Below, piece after piece: positions 37,101-51,817 of a stretch of DNA of 64,000 nt. The translations under genes and the position numbers were made by a program. The notes beneath the pieces were generated by a model that saw only the letters and a list, made by a program, of their open reading frames with translations, made no database searches and had not been told where the DNA came from. Source of the stretch: Amoebophrya sp. A120. Lineage: Eukaryota; Protista; Dinoflagellata. Every line of letters begins with the position of its first letter. Position 1 is the stretch's first letter. The DNA is taken from positions 7,921,882 through 7,985,881 of the forward strand of contig CAJINV010000003.1 in the NCBI GenBank assembly GCA_905178155.1. The letters run 5' to 3'.

Positions 37101-37768
37101 GCCAAGCGGTCCTCGGCGCGGGCGTCGTGCAGCACGCGCCATGCGAGGTCGCGCTGCACGTACTCCACCAGCGCGTCCAGCTGCGCGGTGGCGCTGCCTC
37201 CCGCATTTTTCGCGATGTCCAGGCGCTCCGTGAGCGCGTCAATCCCGGTCATCAGGGTGTCGTTGGCGCGTTCCGCCTCCTCGCGCGCGGCTTTCGCGCT
37301 TGTCACCTCCAACTGCAGAGCGGCGTTCGCACGTTTCGCCTGCTGCAGCGCCTCCTGCAGCTGCGGCACGAGCTGTAACTCCGCCTCCCGGTCCCGGTAG
37401 TAGTCCAGCAAACGCCGGTCCGCGTCCCGGGCCACTTCGTTCTCGAGCCCCGCTTGGCTCACAAGTTCCGTGATTTCCACCGTTGCTCGCTGCCACCAGG
37501 TGACAAACCGCTCGTGGTGCGGCCCCATGATCACGCTGCCGTCTGCTCCGACTAGCAGATCGTCAATGAGCCGTTTCAGGACGTCTTCCGTCTGAGCCGC
37601 CTTGCCCGGCGCCACGCGGCCGGGCCCGTGCAACATTGGGTCGGCATCGGTATGGTCCTCGCGCTTTTCGAGAAAGGGGTTCCGAAACTTTTCTCGCACG
37701 GGATCGTAGTCTGCCGGCTCCACGGCGAGCGGATGCTGCCACTCCTCGCATCCTCGGTCGTTGGGCAT
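34151..37768 (-). CDS. Large coiled-coil protein ending in a partial degenerate PIP5K-like N-lobe; probable paralogue of 28024-29967
   Basis: Uninterrupted ORF of about 1200 aa. VGFFHRNLTAVRR, VKPCLQRDCMGTY, LYFVVKITLP and FYAVVSNY align in order with TAFYPREMDDVRR, AKPLLSRQFMVPY, LYYMLKITIP and FFVISNN. Both proteins have NPFL near the N-terminus. Confidence 0.7.
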   Translation of the reverse strand: MPNDRGCEEWQHPLAVEPADYDPVREKFRNPFLEKREDHTDADPMLHGPGRVAPGKAAQTEDVLKRLIDDLLVGADGSVIMGPHHERFVTWWQRATVEITELVSQAGLENEVARDADRRLLDYYRDREAELQLVPQLQEALQQAKRANAALQLEVTSAKAAREEAERANDTLMTGIDALTERLDIAKNAGGSATAQLDALVEYVQRDLAWRVLHDARAEDRLAVFTWSHHAILRGAVEEIIAVCESDLSSRTDIAEELRAKFTKLPPYMRSGVVPEARSAAFREDEARAWFALLSDVWRVHLEVQTLLVNAAFSGGLQAELVPPPGPSTGAFLQSLNVSAFQNYRDSAALRSQDAYSQLLSDRRRALGEDAQADLDFWQSLKKTVLEAKVSNAAKDPQVSAEQRRRNDFDAEMNRLWAEEQGRRRTFDGNWGGSKQEHFDEDTRRLEFEERFRGMQRVEAARRKAFDTKDAGGHQGGATLKSASGSRRSSKGIVQEHEAFSIVPAVTSTGEVGGKANPNADGLVVGAASSPERASLPRHHANSSSKESTTSRSSTPASSKPSTHAQLNDATASFKPSLSIEAEKAQEQRRREMLDAEEALRWEAEQKARLDFDRNWDGRKQAHFDEDTRRMKSEMSRKSRVEDEERRRSLVDERIRARERDEQRQQLQEAWRDKVATRASAAEHQHITGPPDGRSAFATAVLELPDRLSSALDDERTWSPDMQAIQLAQRRWEPPPTAEAERLALYRETARLRSEAVSDESLQQQLQQVEGELDGLVTSAVLDGEVEALSASKTAASKSTSTVPFLEQREYLLLSELARRQFDLDQCVLGLPARSTEELLAGLRLLQQVQRRNRGVLKEVATGLAKANTDNREKKARLLSQRLYGLHRMETAVRNQLRKRLAEPALEENVPEEQEIFLLSSVAEEDRTWDTHREQLLADWHRFRRYLGRVFGLVVWREDRHVATHAVMHRGPLPGQTGRRWIRAHADFFLGLVVEVCTAVAKLPPPPNDSEGADQTVGNARVRLNFQTRKVIGVGFFHRNLTAVRRLVAPHGHAGTDVLDKLRRFGAQELVPTTRVAPREQTVPGDELQAAAGFRQPSDSWLVRVPDEPIAVQISSSKEDVKPCLQRDCMGTYFHHMVAERGARFGDAAALPVLYFVVKITLPFAYGTEQSDSSQCSFYAVVSNYVAGGRAVASREVLTTKRHST

Positions 37769-38246
37769 GATGAGTCTCCCACTGCCACACGTGTTTTCCC
37801 TTTTTCTGTTGCACTTTACAACAGGAAAGCCTTTTTGCCGCACCAAAATTGTCTTCACATCGTTCTTCGCCTATGTAGGAGGTGTACTACAGACACAAAG
37901 TCTAGTCAAGCAGTCCAGAAACTTCTAACTCCGCACATGACTTGTACTTGTATCTGATCCGTATACCGGCGAAATTTTACATGTGGATATCGATCGAAGG
38001 CGCACATCTTCATCCACCGTCTACATTTACTTTGCAGTTTTCTCCTCGACGAACTGGCGATTCGATTCTTACGACGAAAAAGACGAGCCGGCGAGGTGGA
38101 CAATGAATACTTACCTCCGGAGGTGCTCCCGACGAGGATCGATGTGGTCATCGATCTTGTCCCTTCACGCGCACATCAACTATCATGATTTCTACGAACG
38201 AGCCTGCGTGAATCGAGTCGGAGAGGGACCCGACAAAAAGAGTCCC

Positions 38247-40384
38247 TCATTGCGCTGCGGCCGCTCGTCCCACGGGGTGGCTGGCATCGGGATCGATCAT
38301 GACCGCGTCGAACATGACGGTCGGCATATCCTGAGTAAAAACGTACCCACACCAGAGTCAAGATGGAAAATCTGCTAGACAAATCGGCCAACTTTGCTTG
38401 TTTCGCATGACAAATTTGGACGCGTAGTGTAGCGCTGTTTGAGCTAGTTCAGCAGCATTCCAGATCTAGTCTCTCATGCTGATTGGAGCATGACAAATTT
38501 CAAAACACCCTTAGAAAATGCTTCTCATGGGGCTCCGCATGACAAACATTTCAAGCATGCAGATTTGCATGACAACTATGGTGTGGGTACGTTTTTACTC
38601 AGGATACGGCACCTCCTCCTCAACTTCCTCGTCATCGAACCGCGCATACCGTATCAAATGCAAATATGTCTGGGTCTGGAAGATTTCTAGATTTGTCGTG
38701 CAGCTTTTCCATGACTCATGAGGTCTGGAATGCAGGACCTAGCACGACAGATTCTGTGCGATCTCTCTCATGCCTATCCTGCATGAGAAACTCCCTCCCG
38801 ACTTGATCAAAACTGGACGACTTTTGGTAATCATGCAACACAGATTTTTGCATGCTTCAGATTTAGCATGACAAGTTGCATTTTTCCAGACCCAGACATT
38901 TTTACATTTGATATACCGGCGGGCGGACCGAAAGTCGAACACCAACTTGCTGCCGATCTGCAGCGTGCCCGCAAGAATGAACAGAGACACGAAAAAGGAA
39001 CAGACTGCGTCCACGCGCACCGAATTCGCAGCCGGGTTCGTCCAGATGATGAAACCGCTGACAAGCACGGACACGCCCCGCAGGATGTCCGCGACAAGGT
39101 GCGCCAAGGCCGCAGACATGTTCAGACTGGTTTCCTCCGGCGCGCCGGCACGAGCTCCGGCAGGAGTTGTTGTATGCCCACCTCCGGTCGCGGCTCCAGA
39201 AAATCTTGTCGTTGACGCTGTTCCACTTTGTGGAGGCGGTGACCCATCCCCGATCATGTCTCCCGCCCCTGATTGGTGGTCATCATGGCTTGTTCCAACA
39301 GCGGCCCCGGTGGTCTCCTGCGCTGCACCCGAACCGTCTACCTCCTCGTCCGCAAGAACCAGCGTCGCACCCTCCACGTTGTTGCGAAACACGTACAGCA
39401 GGAAAGCGTCCGCAACCAGGTTGATAATCGTGAAGCCCATCATCATACGACCGTCCACGTCGCCGTATTCGTCCGGCCCGGTCAGACGATCTGCAGCATC
39501 GAAAAGCACGATCACCGTCGTTACACCCAACAGCAGAAACGAAATCAGCGCACCGTACCTCGAAGTGGCGTATTATAGGGGCATCAAATCAACATGACAC
39601 TTGTTGACTCGCAAGAACATGAACATCCATAAATGGCACGAAACAATAAATCAGAAGCAGCTGTTCCTGGTGCTCTAGAGCCGAAAAGAAGTGGTCTTCA
39701 GCTTTACTCACCGACAACCTTGCATCTTCACGAATTCACTGAATTCTGAAATCACCTAATTGCCTTGTTCGTCTTGCAGAAAATAAACTTCATCTTCACG
39801 CTGTAGTAAAAATACCGGTCAGCCCGCTTTTTCTTCCTCGGCGTTTTCGTTTTCTCGGCGATCAAAGAGACGATGTATCCGATAACGTCCACAAACATCA
39901 TGGCTGCGTCGCCCAACAACGATAGCGAACTCGCGACGTACCCGGAAAACAGTTGCAACACCGTGAGAAACAGGTTCACGAAGATCAGAACCCACAGCGT
40001 GCGAATGCGCGACTCGCGCTGGCGGGCGTCCCGTAGGTACTGCACGGGCCGGTTTCATATGCGTTGCAAATATGTCTGGGGCAAGATTTTTGGTGATGCG
40101 AAATTTGATAGACCGCGAGATCTGTAGTGCATGAATACGAATGACCACTTTCTTTTTTTGTCGTGCTGGAAGCCAGTTTGTCATGCAAAACAAGGCACCC
40201 GCAATACTCGCAACACCACCCAAAATGAAATTTGTGATGTGTTCGTACCGTACATCAAGGCGCCGCTCTGTCCTGCAAGACTCCGGAAGACAAAGACACA
40301 TCTCGCTGCATCTTTCTAGACCCAGACATATTTGGACTTGATATTTCGCCGGCTAGAGTCGCCATGCTCCCCACCGGGCGACAT
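38247..40384 (-). CDS. Cation diffusion facilitator (CDF/SLC30) metal transporter
   Basis: SLSLLGDAAMMFVD (TM2), SLNMSAALAHLVADILRG (TM5), VDAVCSFFV (TM6). The frame is continuous after removing three introners and one GT-AG intron (ADR|YGAL). Confidence 0.88.
38327..38606 (+). mobile_element. TIR introner, family A (280 bp)
   Basis: Perfect 28-bp TIR TATCCTGAGTAAAAACGTACCCACACCA and perfect TSD CGGCA. Confidence 0.96.
38652..38913. mobile_element. TIR introner, family B (262 bp)
   Basis: Perfect TSD TACCG; TIR matches at 28 of 30 bases. Confidence 0.95.
40058..40343. mobile_element. TIR introner, diverged family B
   Basis: TSD TTTCA/TTTCG. CAAATATGTCTGGG is present in both termini. Removal joins DSSRR|NRPVQYLRD. 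Confidence 0.85.
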
Positions 40385-40973
40385 GGTGCCGCACTTGTGC
40401 TCTGCCACTTCGCGAAACGAAAGCAACCTCGTCGGCGTTTTGCTACTCGTGGTCCTGGTGTTGTCGCGGAGTCGAGAGGACCCCGGCACCGATTGATCCG
40501 CGGAAACACCTAGGCTGGATATCACAGTGGCACCAACCAGGTTATGGTGCAGGCCCGAGAAGCTTTGCGCGGCGGCAACCATTCTGTCCTCATTGTTTGG
40601 CGCATGTCAATAAACGCATGACATCGAAAATAAATCGAGACACTGACTTGAGGGCCGCAGAGTCCATCTTCACTCGACGAAACATACAAAGCAAAACACA
40701 AATCCAAAACATCACTCATGGTGTCAAGCCAATCAGCCCTCGACTGCACCTCGAGGACTATTTTCTCTCCTAGGTAATGAACATTGAGGAAACTGACTCC
40801 CGAGGCGAATCAGGCGGCATGACAAGCACACAGAAACGTTGCTGCGTCCATCGTAATTCTGAGCATTCAGTATCCCTATTCTCCAATTCTGTGCCCTTAC
40901 AATTTCCTCGGGAAAACGAAATCTACCGAAGGTCCATATGTTGCGCCCAAAAACTTTTACAAAGAATGATGAT

Positions 40974-44794
<3,821 letters not shown>

Positions 44795-45434
44795 TGTAAC
44801 GCAAGCCTGCTCGTCGCGGTCGGTCGTCACGCACTCTTGTGCACTGTAAAAATATATTGTTGTAATCGTGCTGGGCCGAGCTCAAATTGCTACAAATCGT
44901 AGTGAAAAACCGTCCAGAACAAACAAAAAAAACGCACAGCAGGAACGTCCAGATCGAAAAATTCTGAGAGAAAACAAAAAGACATTGTACTTGCACGTTG
45001 TGAACAGAAACAGATCAAGATTCTGGTGCTATTACTGAAGTAGCACTTCCACGGAGCAATGGGACCGAGAGAGCCGGAGCTCCACCTTCGTTTTATGTCT
45101 TGTACTTCTAATAGGTTAGAAGATGCATCATGAAATCCCCCACGGTCTGCATACCAGCCGTACTTCAGCTTTACTTGCTTAGGTGGAAACCGAAACAGAA
45201 ACGTACGTCGTGAAACCATAATGTAAAAAATCCGGTCATTCTAATATTCTGTCGATTTTTTCTGCACACACACTTCAAAAAACATCTCCAAAGATGCATG
45301 CGACCCGCAGCACACGGGCACCAACACTGTCGGCTCTGCTGCGAGGGTCTTAAAGGTTGATCTTCTTGAAAGATTAAGAAAGAAAGTCGCTATTATTTGC
45401 TTGGAATGAACCCTGTGGAAAAACGTTCTGCCGC

Positions 45435-45755
45435 CTAGGGCCGTCCGCCACCCAGAATCAGGGCACCGAAGATCGTGATCAGAGACGCTGCAAAGGGAAA
45501 GCTAAGACCCGCAGCCGAACTCCCACCGCAACTCGAAAGACCACGTCCCGCCTGCAAGGCCCGCGAATTACAGTCCCCGAGCTCCCGTGCCTGTTCGAGT
45601 TCACGGACGGCATCATGAACTGCTGCCGTCCGCTTCTGTTCTTGGTCCACGAGCTTCAGAAGACTGTCGCGCGCACCGGAAACGACCGGGGCGACGGTGC
45701 CGAACCAAACGCAACACAGTGCAAATATCCGCAAAAGCACGCTCCGTGGGGACAT
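45435..45755 (-). CDS. Small secreted, possibly GPI- or tail-anchored protein (106 aa)
   Basis: Signal-peptide-like N-terminus (MSPRSVLLRIFALCCVWFG), a short charged helix, a small-residue spacer and a hydrophobic C-terminus. Confidence 0.55.
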   Translation of the reverse strand: MSPRSVLLRIFALCCVWFGTVAPVVSGARDSLLKLVDQEQKRTAAVHDAVRELEQARELGDCNSRALQAGRGLSSCGGSSAAGLSFPFAASLITIFGALILGGGRP

Positions 45756-46426
45756 TTTGATTACTTGTTGTGTACACACCTCAAGAATGCAGTTCGCTCC
45801 TTTTTAGGGGGAAGGATATGTACTACGCTCTACTAGGTAGAGACCGATAATTGAGTTTTTTTCTAAGTGTAACCCACTTTTGCGAATGTGCGATAAATGT
45901 AGTATGTACACAACGTACTTCTGAGCGTATAAAGATGTTCTGATGGATGATCGGGAGGAAAACTAAGTAGATACCCTACCTTTATTGGGTTCCATCAAAG
46001 CCACCACCTTCTTTCGTGGAAAGGGGTACTAGAACAACAGCCGCTCTCCTGTTTTCCAAGCACTGTGACTGAGTTAGAAGTGCACAACTCACATTTTGGC
46101 CAAAGGATCAGTTGTTCATGCAATGCACTAGAGGCACGTCTTGCACTTCATCAAACCGATCTTTGAAGACTCACTGTGACTTTTGTTGTTACCATACTCG
46201 CAACATTCCGTCACGGAATAAGTAGATACCGATTCGCAACCAGCCTCTTGGTTCCGGGATCATTGGGGTTCGGGAACACGTCTTGTATTAAAAGAATAAC
46301 ATCCCGCCCCCATAAGAGTCGGCGCTAGCCACGACAGAATGGGAAGCATGTACTGCGTTACAGGTATTATGCGAAGACAAGTTTTTACTTCACACGTGTT
46401 CTCCTCTCTTGGATCGGATGGAGTGA

Positions 46427-48624
46427 CTACGCATGCTTCTTCCCCTCTTTTCCCTGTAGAGTTTTCCTCTCTTTGTCCTCCTTCTCTAGCAGTCGCGCCC
46501 CAGCGGCGTTCTCTCGCTCTTCCAAGTACATAAAGTTTCTTCTCATGTAGTCGAGGTACAGGGTCCGGTCAAAATCTCCGAGGAAGAAGTTGCAGCTCAG
46601 ATTTGCCTCCAGCAACACAGGTTTCGTCGCCGTATGGTTTTCCCCCACGTCCTCGTCCACGAGAGCCACGTCCCAACCCACGAGCGGAACGTGCGGACAC
46701 AGCTCGCGGTGCGCCCGCTCGCACACCGCCAGTACGCTGTCGATTTCCGGCACCTCGAGGCCCACCATCCGCAGCCCGGAGTCCGGGTGGACACTGACGC
46801 CGGCGGCCTTGGACGCGAAGCCCCGACGAAACACGCCGGCTTTGGTGAAGCAGCCCTCCTTGCCGGAGGCAGTCTGGAACACCGTGCCGCCGAGCTGGTA
46901 CCAGTGCGAGTTGATCGCTCCTCGCGTGATCCGCCCCTTCTTCCCGTGTTCGGGACTTAAGTTCACGTTGTAGAAGATACTGCGGTGATCCGTTTTCGCG
47001 TGCTGCCGGCCCGCACGAAACACGCACGTTAGGATGTGCACTTTTGGAGACGAAGATCCTGCCCCGTGGTCCTGCGGCTGCTCCGCACTGGTCATTGAGG
47101 CCTCGCTTGCCGTGAGCACACGGAAGGTCGACAGCGGGCAAGGCTCGGGGAGCAGACACTGCAAGCAGGGGGTATCAAGCAAAAATTAAAATTATCAACT
47201 CCCCTTCCCGCGTCATACTGTAGCGAAAAAGAACCCGTGCACCTCTTCAGCTTCTTTGGTGCATCGACAGACCGGAACTTTGTTTGTCGCCATGCTCACT
47301 CAGAATATAGAATCTAAAAACTCACGATAGTGAATTAGGTTTTTTTGCTCACATGCTGCGACAACCTTCTGCAAAAAGTGGAAGTGCCAGAAGTAGAACT
47401 CGGCGCGCGTGGGCAATAAATAAATCTATCAGGTCCGGGGAAACTGACAACGTAGTTTAGTTCGATAGGACGCGTTTTGCAGCTTCGCCTGCAGAATCCA
47501 GTTTCCACCCGTGGCTGCGTTTTTGAAAAAATGGATGCCCATGCCGCCCTCTTCGTTTTTGTCTTTGCAGACCAGTGTGTCCAGGGCGACCGGCACCGCG
47601 GGCTTCCCGGATTCTTGTTGCTGGACAAGGTGGTACCCCAGTCCGGCGTATCCTGCGAAAAAAACTTTCCAGCCACACCCTCCCTGACACGCTGCGAAGA
47701 GAAGCATCTATAATACGTAACTCCAGTGCCGATGCAAAAAACTTGAATCCAATACTACGGTAAGCTTTTTAGGAGGCGTTGGTTTAAGTATTTTCATCCG
47801 CGGGATACGACGCACGGGGTGATGGGGACCTGCTTGGCGTGGCATTTTTGCAGGAAATCCCACTTGTTTTCCATCAAATACTCGTCGCTCAGCGTCAGGC
47901 AGCTGTGGTACGTCGCCAGGGCGCAGTTTAGGCGCCACCAGGTGAACCAGGTGTCCGGCGTTACTAAGTTCCCCTGGTACAGGATGCACACCTCCCGCAG
48001 GCAGATCTGGGCCTTCTCCCAGACCGCTTTCCACGTCTTGCCGCTTTTTCCGTCACCTCTGTAATTCCTGCCGGACGATGAAGACGTGGTCCGTGGCGGT
48101 GAGGTCCGCGCTTCCCCTCCTGTTCCGCCGGTACTGGTGCCATCCGCTTCCTGCTGCTGCTCCACCGCCCAGACGGCGAACGCCGCAACGAAGCACACCA
48201 GCGGGTAGAGGAAGAGCAGAAAGAACATAAAGGTCCACTTCGAGATGCAGACGAAGGCAAGCGGAACCCCGGTCCCCGGGAGCGCGACGTTGCGCAGATT
48301 TACTCGCAGGTCCTCCCCAAAACTGCCGCACCGGTAGTGTGGCCGGTCCCACAAGCGGAACACTAAGCACAGTGAAAACAGATGCAGCTGCGCGGCATGA
48401 CGGGCCTCGTTCCCCAACTTTGGTTCACAAAAGAACCGGCAGTCTCGGAGCCGCCCACCGCGGGAAAAGTGCCACAAACATTGATAGTACGCAACGGTCG
48501 TCGCGAGACATTCGCTGGCCGTGAACGCCCTCCCAGCAGCCTGCAGGCCCGTCCGTTCCGCAAACGTCGCTGCACTGTGTTCCTGCGTCTTTGTTTCGAC
48601 GCTCGATGAAGATTTTCGTTGCAT
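46427..48624 (-). CDS. ATP-grasp fold protein resembling the sugar-transfer-associated ATP-grasp family
   Basis: MENKWDF, LVCKDKNEEGGMGIH, WILQAKLQN, LSTFRVLT, VHPDSG, LVGWDVAL and LLEANLSCN. Three ORFs join in frame across two introners. Confidence 0.75.
47173..47467. mobile_element. TIR introner, older copy
   Basis: TATC...AAA...TCCCC termini. Flanks GGGGG/GGACG. Removal joins LQNAS|CLQCLLP. Confidence 0.68.
47649..47807. mobile_element. TIR introner
   Basis: TSD CGGCG/CGACG. Left TATCCTGCG; right reverse complement TATCCCGCG. Removal joins ITPCV|GLGYH. Confidence 0.82.
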
Positions 48625-49847
48625 TCTGGCTGCAGTAGTTTTTCGCAAATTCTTGCCCAGTCAGTAGGTGCAGCTTCTATGGGAATATACGAACTTTTTG
48701 TTGTGCTCTCCAGAAATTTTTAGAAAAATATAGATTCCGATTCAATTGCGAAGACAAGAATGACGGAGCGAATGAATGAATGACTTAAGTACCCAAGAAC
48801 TGGGGGGGGTCTTGATACAGGAGAGAAGGTAGGTCAAACAGAATATAGAAAGATAGAAAAGTCGCGGAGAGTGGGGCAAACTTTTTGTTCGGAGGGACGC
48901 CTGCGTGACGGAGAAATTACAGGCGAAAATTCTATAGAGTAAGGTCTACAACAATTGACCTGTGATACCCGCAGCGCAGAACTCTGCCGCATGGTGTTGG
49001 TTTCGAATCCGAAATCGGGATGAAAAAACATACTTGGTTTCGTAAAGAACCGACGTTTCTGAGAGTGCAGGCACACCGAACGTTTTCGAGTAGATACGAC
49101 AACGCGCGAACAGAAGTTACAAGTCAAACACGTGCAACACGTGTTCGCCATGCGCCTGCTGCTGCCTACGCGATACGCCAATAGATACCCGGCAATTTGG
49201 AAAACGATTTACAAACCCTGGTGGCAGAGACAGCACGATTCATTTCGATTAGCTTCTGGCACACAGATGTGCGCTTACGTTCTAGCCCTTTTCTACCTGT
49301 AGCTGATGTGACATAAAACCAGAGTATTCAATTGACAAAACGAAGAACTAATGGGAAGGAAAAAAAGTGCTCTCATCAGGCAAACTGCAAAAACTCCGGA
49401 AAGCTTTCATTCCAGTGAGTCTTGCGGCGCCGGGAGGTAAAATGCCCAATCATAGACCTGCTTTCGTTATTATTGTAGTTGGACTCAGCTCGAAATCCGA
49501 AAACCTGACAAATAAACCATTCTCGAAAGTAATACGGAATCTCCATCGCATTGTGGCGCATGCGATCGAAGCTCGAAAAACCATATGCTTCTACAATCAT
49601 AAATACGAAATGAATTAGTTGTACATCGATTATTACATCAGCGACTTAGTGTACCATACCCCACCAAAAACGATAGCATAAAGAAAACTTTTGCGTGGCA
49701 AACTTTGGCCCGGCTCGCTCTCTCCTTCGTCGGTCAGCGCGCGTTCTGGCGCTACTTGGCCGTCGATGAAATAAAACACTCAACAAATGAGTTTCACTGC
49801 CTTCTTTCCCGTTGGTTGATTATCCAAGGTTTGCTTCGCGGCGTCGC

Positions 49848-51052
49848 TCATTTGGTCCTCGGCGAGCACGTTCTTCCAGGCCTGGAAATTGATTTCGGGA
49901 AAGCAACACGTGTTTTCACGCTCCTAAATCCTGTTTTCTCCACGCTTTGCGCCAAAGTCGCGCACGACCTCCAGTGGCTCATCTTTATCTTGCGAACAAA
50001 ATCGACATGCACATGTTGCAAGGGGCCAAAAAAGAAAAGTAGTATACCTTGACGATTTTTGAGACCTGAAGCGGCGATACGACACCAACGCTCTGGAGCT
50101 GGTTGCTCAAAACAAGTTGCGTGAACTGTTGCCCATCGATCCCTCGCATGTCCACCGCGCCACACATCTGGTCTTTTATTTTTTCGGGGACAAACGCGTC
50201 CGGCAGACTCTTAATCCAGTCTATTACCTTCCCCGGACTCTTGCCACCCGCACGGGAGTTCGCAGGTATATTTGGCGGGGGTGGATTCGGCTTGGGTGCT
50301 ATCCTCTGCAAAAAAAGTTTTCCCGGCCAATCAAGAATAGAATACATTCGAGGTTTACTGCCTATGCAAGCGCCTGATGTACATCTTCATCAGAACAGGA
50401 GTTGATCTATGCCATCGTGATAGCAGTCGAATCTATAAACTCACAAAGTGCGTTCTGTGCTACATTTTTCTGCTCAGGATCGAATTCTGCAGCTTGTCGC
50501 AACACCATAAAAGTATAATGCGCTGCTGTAGCTGCGTCAACCTAAGACCTCAAGGAGACATCATGAAGCGTGCTTGGCTAGGTCGTGGGAGACTTTATGC
50601 ACAGGATAGCCGCCTTGGGCTGTGGTTGCGCGCGCGTGCTGGGCTGTGCTTTTTCTTCTGCGCGATGCACTTGTCGAATTTCCTCGCTTTCGTCGAAGGA
50701 CGGATTGAATCGCTTCTCTCGCCCCTGGCCGGTGTTACCTGGGTCGGTAGAAACAGGGAGCTGAAACGCCGACGCACGACTTAACACAAAGACAACACCA
50801 TCCGTTCATGATACGAAATTCGTTACAGCGAGCTTGGCGCGTTCCGCGACGGAGGGAGCAGGGGCCCGATATACAAAGAAATCGGAATGAAGATCCAAGG
50901 TGGTGAAATAAATCTAATGTGTACTATTTGCACTGGAACAACAGAAAATACGACAAACGTAAATTAATACCCCGGCTCGACGACGTGCGCCCAGTTTCCT
51001 TTTGGTCGTCTTGGTCCCGGACCGCCATAGCCTGGCTTCGGAAATCATCCAT
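49848..51052 (-). CDS. Multi-exon protein with SAM-like domain (boundaries approximate)
   Basis: VIDWIKSL...IDGQQF...LQSVGVVSPLQVSKI follows the SAM pattern. QPKA|AKPNP is joined across introner 50300-50608. Confidence 0.5.
50300..50608. mobile_element. TIR introner
   Basis: Left TATCCTCTGCAAAAAAAGTTTTCCC; right reverse complement TATCCTGTGCATAAAGTCTCCC. TSD GGTGC/GCCGC. Removal restores the frame. Confidence 0.82.
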
Positions 51053-51817
51053 CGCAAATACGAGAGCCTCAACAAAATTTCAACAGCGGAATATTCGCCG
51101 TTCTCTTGCGGCTAGAACGTACGGGAAGCAAGTAGTGTCCAACTACATCCTCGCAGGCGCATGAAACCTCAAGAACATTGGCAGAAACACATGGTAGCAA
51201 CACTGAGCAAGACTGATCATTTCGATCCTTATTTCCTGAGACCCTCAATCATTTGCGGGGCACACTGATGTGCAGACGCTGGAAGTTCGTCGAAAGGGTT
51301 TCCCGGCCTCTGTGCGGGCGGACAGGTATGGAGTAGAAAAACTACGCTTGCGCTAAGTAATAAATTCGGGGACGTCCGCAAAACTAGGGAAGTAGATGTC
51401 GACGACCATGCAAGAAGCACAGACAGCGGAGCTACGGCCCCGCACCTGACGGGTTTCCGTACTTTTCATCACGTTCCTTTCGCTAGTGCCCCACAAGGAA
51501 GTATGCACACACGCTAGGAATTTTTCTGTGCGGTAAGGCGGTTGTTTCTCTCCTTCCGCGGGAAGCTGCTGGTGAAGGAGGGTACCCTGGAGCGACTGCG
51601 GAACGCCCGGCTGCGTCGGCACCCCGCCGCCTCCCCCGGACTGCATCTGCGGTCGCTGTCCGCGCTGCTGCGGCTGCGGCGCGCCCGCGTGTATTGGTGG
51701 CGCGTTGGGATCAAATCTGTGGAATCAAGGTGACAATGTTAATGCAGCAAAACAAACCAAATCATCAAAAGACGCTTGCGCGTCATAAACCGAAGAGGAA
51801 AGATTCAAGAGCTCGCG

